64,000 nt of DNA from Bryobacterales bacterium. Lineage in GTDB: Bacteria; Acidobacteriota; Terriglobia; Bryobacterales; UBA6623. Below the pieces are notes generated by a model. It saw nothing but the letters and a program-made list of their open reading frames with translations. It was not told the DNA's origin and ran no database searches. A program made the position numbers and the translations under genes. The DNA is taken from positions 2,624,001 to 2,688,000 of the forward strand of contig OY729428.2 in the NCBI GenBank assembly GCA_963422375.2. The letters run 5' to 3'. Of this stretch, positions 61,179-64,000 are shown in pieces. Each line of letters starts with the position of its first letter. The first letter of the stretch is position 1.

Positions 61179-61903
61179 CGGAAGACCCAGATTCCCCGGG
61201 ACCGCAGACCTTCAACCGCAACCGATGCAGATCGCGCCGCTAGATTCGCATCGGCGGGCTCGACCAGCGGCCGCCCGGACTGGCTGGAGTACCAGCTCAC
61301 AGGGAGCGACGCTAGGTTGTACGCTAGCAGCTCTCGTTCCGGTCCGGTGAGAGCATTCACCGCATCCGTGAGTGCTCCCCGACAGTGCATGGCGGCCCAT
61401 GCGAGGTCGTACACGTCCCGGGCAGGAAAATCGCCCCTGCGAGCCATTCTATGGACGAGCTTTTTCGCCAGAATCTCGGAAACGGACTCCAAGCGGATTC
61501 GCGTGCCGTGCGCGACTTGGCGGGAGATGGGATTCGCCGTTAGCGATACGGAACGCATCCACGAAACCGAGCCCAGCGGCTCGTCGAACTGGAGTTCCGC
61601 ATAGTCCCTGTCGAAGCTGGCGCACACGAAGCCCGGAAGCGTTCGGACGACATCTCGCAAGAGGCCTTGCCGCTCGGAATACAGAGATTCCGGATCATCT
61701 TCCAGCAGGAACAGGTCGATATCAGTGCTCAACCGGTGCTTCCATCGGGCCGCCAACGCGGTCCCTCCGCCAAGGAACAGCCTCTTCGCGCCAAGGAATG
61801 TATGCAGAGTCGGATAGACCAAGTCGAGCAGTTTCTGCGCGCTGGCTGGCAGGCGCACATCGGCAAGAGGATTGCAGGCGCCGGCCTTGCCCTGGCCTTG
61901 CAT
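61175..61903 (-). CDS. AbiEii/AbiGii-family nucleotidyltransferase toxin
   Basis: LFLGGGTALAARWKHRLSTDIDLF, EILAKKL, RDVYDL. Start uncertain. Confidence 0.85.
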   Translation of the reverse strand: MQGQGKAGACNPLADVRLPASAQKLLDLVYPTLHTFLGAKRLFLGGGTALAARWKHRLSTDIDLFLLEDDPESLYSERQGLLRDVVRTLPGFVCASFDRDYAELQFDEPLGSVSWMRSVSLTANPISRQVAHGTRIRLESVSEILAKKLVHRMARRGDFPARDVYDLAWAAMHCRGALTDAVNALTGPERELLAYNLASLPVSWYSSQSGRPLVEPADANLAARSASVAVEGLRSRGIWVFR

Positions 61904-62271
61904 GTCTGGCGTTCGTCGTCGGGAGACCGGAGGTCCGCGGGACACGGCCACCCCTCGGGACTAACACCGTACCGTAGCAGAGGCACCGAGGGCGATCGGA
62001 CGCCCGAGCTGGCAAGCCACCAACTACAAGGGCGCCCGGGGAGACCGGAATGCATCCACGGAGCAGTGATCCGGCATTGAAGTCGTGGCCTCGGGCCGCG
62101 CCCAGACTAGAGTCGCGACCGAGACGCAGAAGGCTCGCCAACCGAGAGCTGCCACGGTGAGGCGCAAGCAGGCAGAATGGATCTGGGGCGCTTCGATGCA
62201 GAGGAGTCCGGCTAGGATTGGGGATCTTGGGTGCTGCACGATTCTCCGGCCAACCAATCGCTTGGCCGCGC

Positions 62272-62300
62272 CCCGCATTCCCACACGGTGGGAATGCGGG
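62272..62300. repeat. Perfect 13-bp-stem palindrome (REP-like)
   Basis: cccgcattcccac-acg-gtgggaatgcggg; degenerate relative at ~27404-27437. Confidence 0.7.
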
Positions 62301-62545
62301 CAAAGGCCCTCGACACAGGCGTCCGCTCGCTGTCGAATGCACTCCGGCCTAACCGGAAAGATGCACCGGAGGCGGAACCATCTAGACCGGCGCGATTTCC
62401 CTGTCCATTGGCTCGTGAGGATTCAGCGACAACCGCCGCGAACACAGAAACTTCAGCGAGCAGAACTGCGCTGGTCTGGAGACCGTCGACGCTTGGCATC
62501 CGGAGCCCGTGACACGCTCAACCTCACACGCTCGTCGGGCCGCCG

Positions 62546-63635
62546 CTAGAGTGCCGTCTCCTGCCACAGCTTGATGCTGCGGACGATAGCATCGTCTAGC
62601 CAATCGGAGAATCGCTCCCTCGCTTCGTCCAAAAACTCCTTGTAGTTGATCAGGAAAACGCCGTCTGTCAATGAAATCACCGGGCCAATTTCCCGCTGGA
62701 CTCCCTCCGATACCACACGCTGGAACCACAACGAAGAACAGGACAGTACGCCTTGGAATTCTCGTCCGATCCCGTGGAACGAGATCAATATCTCGGTTTG
62801 GGTAGTGTCGCACAGTGCCATCCGAGCCCAAGCCCGGTAAACCTGTAGATTCGCAAGATAACCTAGTTCTCTCGCGGTCTGTATGATCTGAAGTCGGTAG
62901 TAGTGGCTGCGGTTGCTGACATCCGACGCGCCGTTGGCAAAGAATCTCCAGTGGTCGAGGACTTCGGACATTTCGCGCTCCAAGTCGTCTGCCACTGCGG
63001 TCAACCGACGTTCAGCATGATCCCGTAGCGTCGCAGCGATGGGCTTGGCGGCTTCCCACTCCGCGATTGTCGAATTCTTTCTCTGTTGCAGTTGTCACCG
63101 TATCGAGGCTATCGTCTCGGAAATTCGGGTCGATTTACGGACGTCTTTGACAATATTTAGAGTGTGGATAACGTGGCTCTTCTGGAGAAATACGAAGTAC
63201 TTGATCAGCAGATTTAGGTCTCCATCATCGGCGATTTCCAATGATTCTATGTATTTCGCCCGATCTCGATCCCGCACCACTAGAGGAAACCAGCCAGCCT
63301 TGATGAACACCAGAGTTGCCAGAGCGCGAGCGATCCGTCCATTGCCGTCTTGAAACGGGTGGATCTGCGTGAACCGGTGATGCAACCAAGCTGCTTCAAC
63401 CTCAGGAGCGATCTCGCCATACAGCCGATGCATGGCAATCAACCGGTCCATCTCTGATTCGACCTGTTCCGGAGGGCAGTACTGGTGAATGGTGCCGTCT
63501 GGGCGTCTCGGGTTATTGAGCAGCCGCTTGTAGTCGCCGCGAATAAGCGCAACCGATGTCGTTCTACCGAGGGAGTCAATAACTTCGACTGTCTCCTGAT
63601 GTCTCGTCATTAGGGCGTGTAACTCCTTAATGTAG
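62546..63635 (-). pseudogene. Fic-family protein, 5' end cut by IS1595, in-frame TGA at 63095-63097
   Basis: YIKELHALMT, AWLHHRFTQIHPFQDGNGRIAR; the frame continues past the stop (ASIR*QLQQRK...) into ORF 62546-63004. Confidence 0.88.
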
Positions 63636-64000
63636 GGGAATTATATATCTGAGTGCCGAGGGAATCAAGTCGGCAAATTATCAAGCCATTATAAGATTTC
63701 ATATTTCTTCCGAATTTCCGTTGATATTCTGTGGTGTTTCTTGGTAGAATAGTTCCAGTATGGGATGCCATAAATGAAGAAATCAGGTCCCGGAAAGTGG
63801 TTCCGTAAAGGCATCACATTGATCGAAGTGATCGCCATGTTCCTCGATGACGAATCCGCGGAAAAGTGGTTCGCCTCCATGCGCTGGCCGGACGGTCCCG
63901 CGTGCCCCCACTGCCGCGGCTCCAGCGTGCAGTCCGACGCGGCCCACCCTTCGATGCCGTACCGTTGCCGCGGCTGCGGCAAGCGCTTTTCGGTGCGCAC
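63636..64000 (+). mobile_element. Second IS1595-family element, left part only (transposase from 63774, runs off the window)
   Basis: Same terminal repeat gggaattatatatctgagtgccga; MKKSGPGKWFRKGITLIEVIAMF...CPHC..YRCRGC, similar but not identical to the first copy. Confidence 0.93.

Overview
GC-rich bacterial chromosomal window. Gene content (Oar-like outer-membrane protein, three sulfatases, DUF1080/ThuA, DUF3500, PQQ-like propeller, CehA/McbA hydrolase) suggests an Acidobacteriota-like organism; this is inference. Bases 1-6.6 kb are a stack of dead mobile DNA: a decayed ISNCY-type remnant, an ORF-less group II intron (555-1248), an IS630 carrying two nested insertions (a 255-bp MITE and a full ISNCY-type element, each with a 6-bp target duplication), and an IS1380 inserted at the IS630 terminal CTAG. 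The middle holds housekeeping and catabolic genes (gnd, rplU-rpmA, infC with ATT start, HU/IHF, PhoB/PhoR-like pair, two-permease RND efflux, GT2/GT87 pair, membrane MutS-like ATPase, SRAP, Uma2). It is interrupted by an IS1595 inside a Clp-fold protease gene and by an internally deleted ISNCY copy. The right end is a defence-like patch: an AbiEii-type nucleotidyltransferase coupled to an unrecognised downstream partner, and a Fic pseudogene hit by a second IS1595. Best leads: the ORF-less intron, the MITE/ISNCY family, the toxin-first AbiEii module, a Tat-like signal on a ThDP enzyme, a divergent PhoD-like secreted enzyme, and recurrent leaderless TANNNT-N6/7-ATG starts. No rRNA, tRNA or CRISPR array was seen. 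All family calls come from motif recognition by eye, not from searches.
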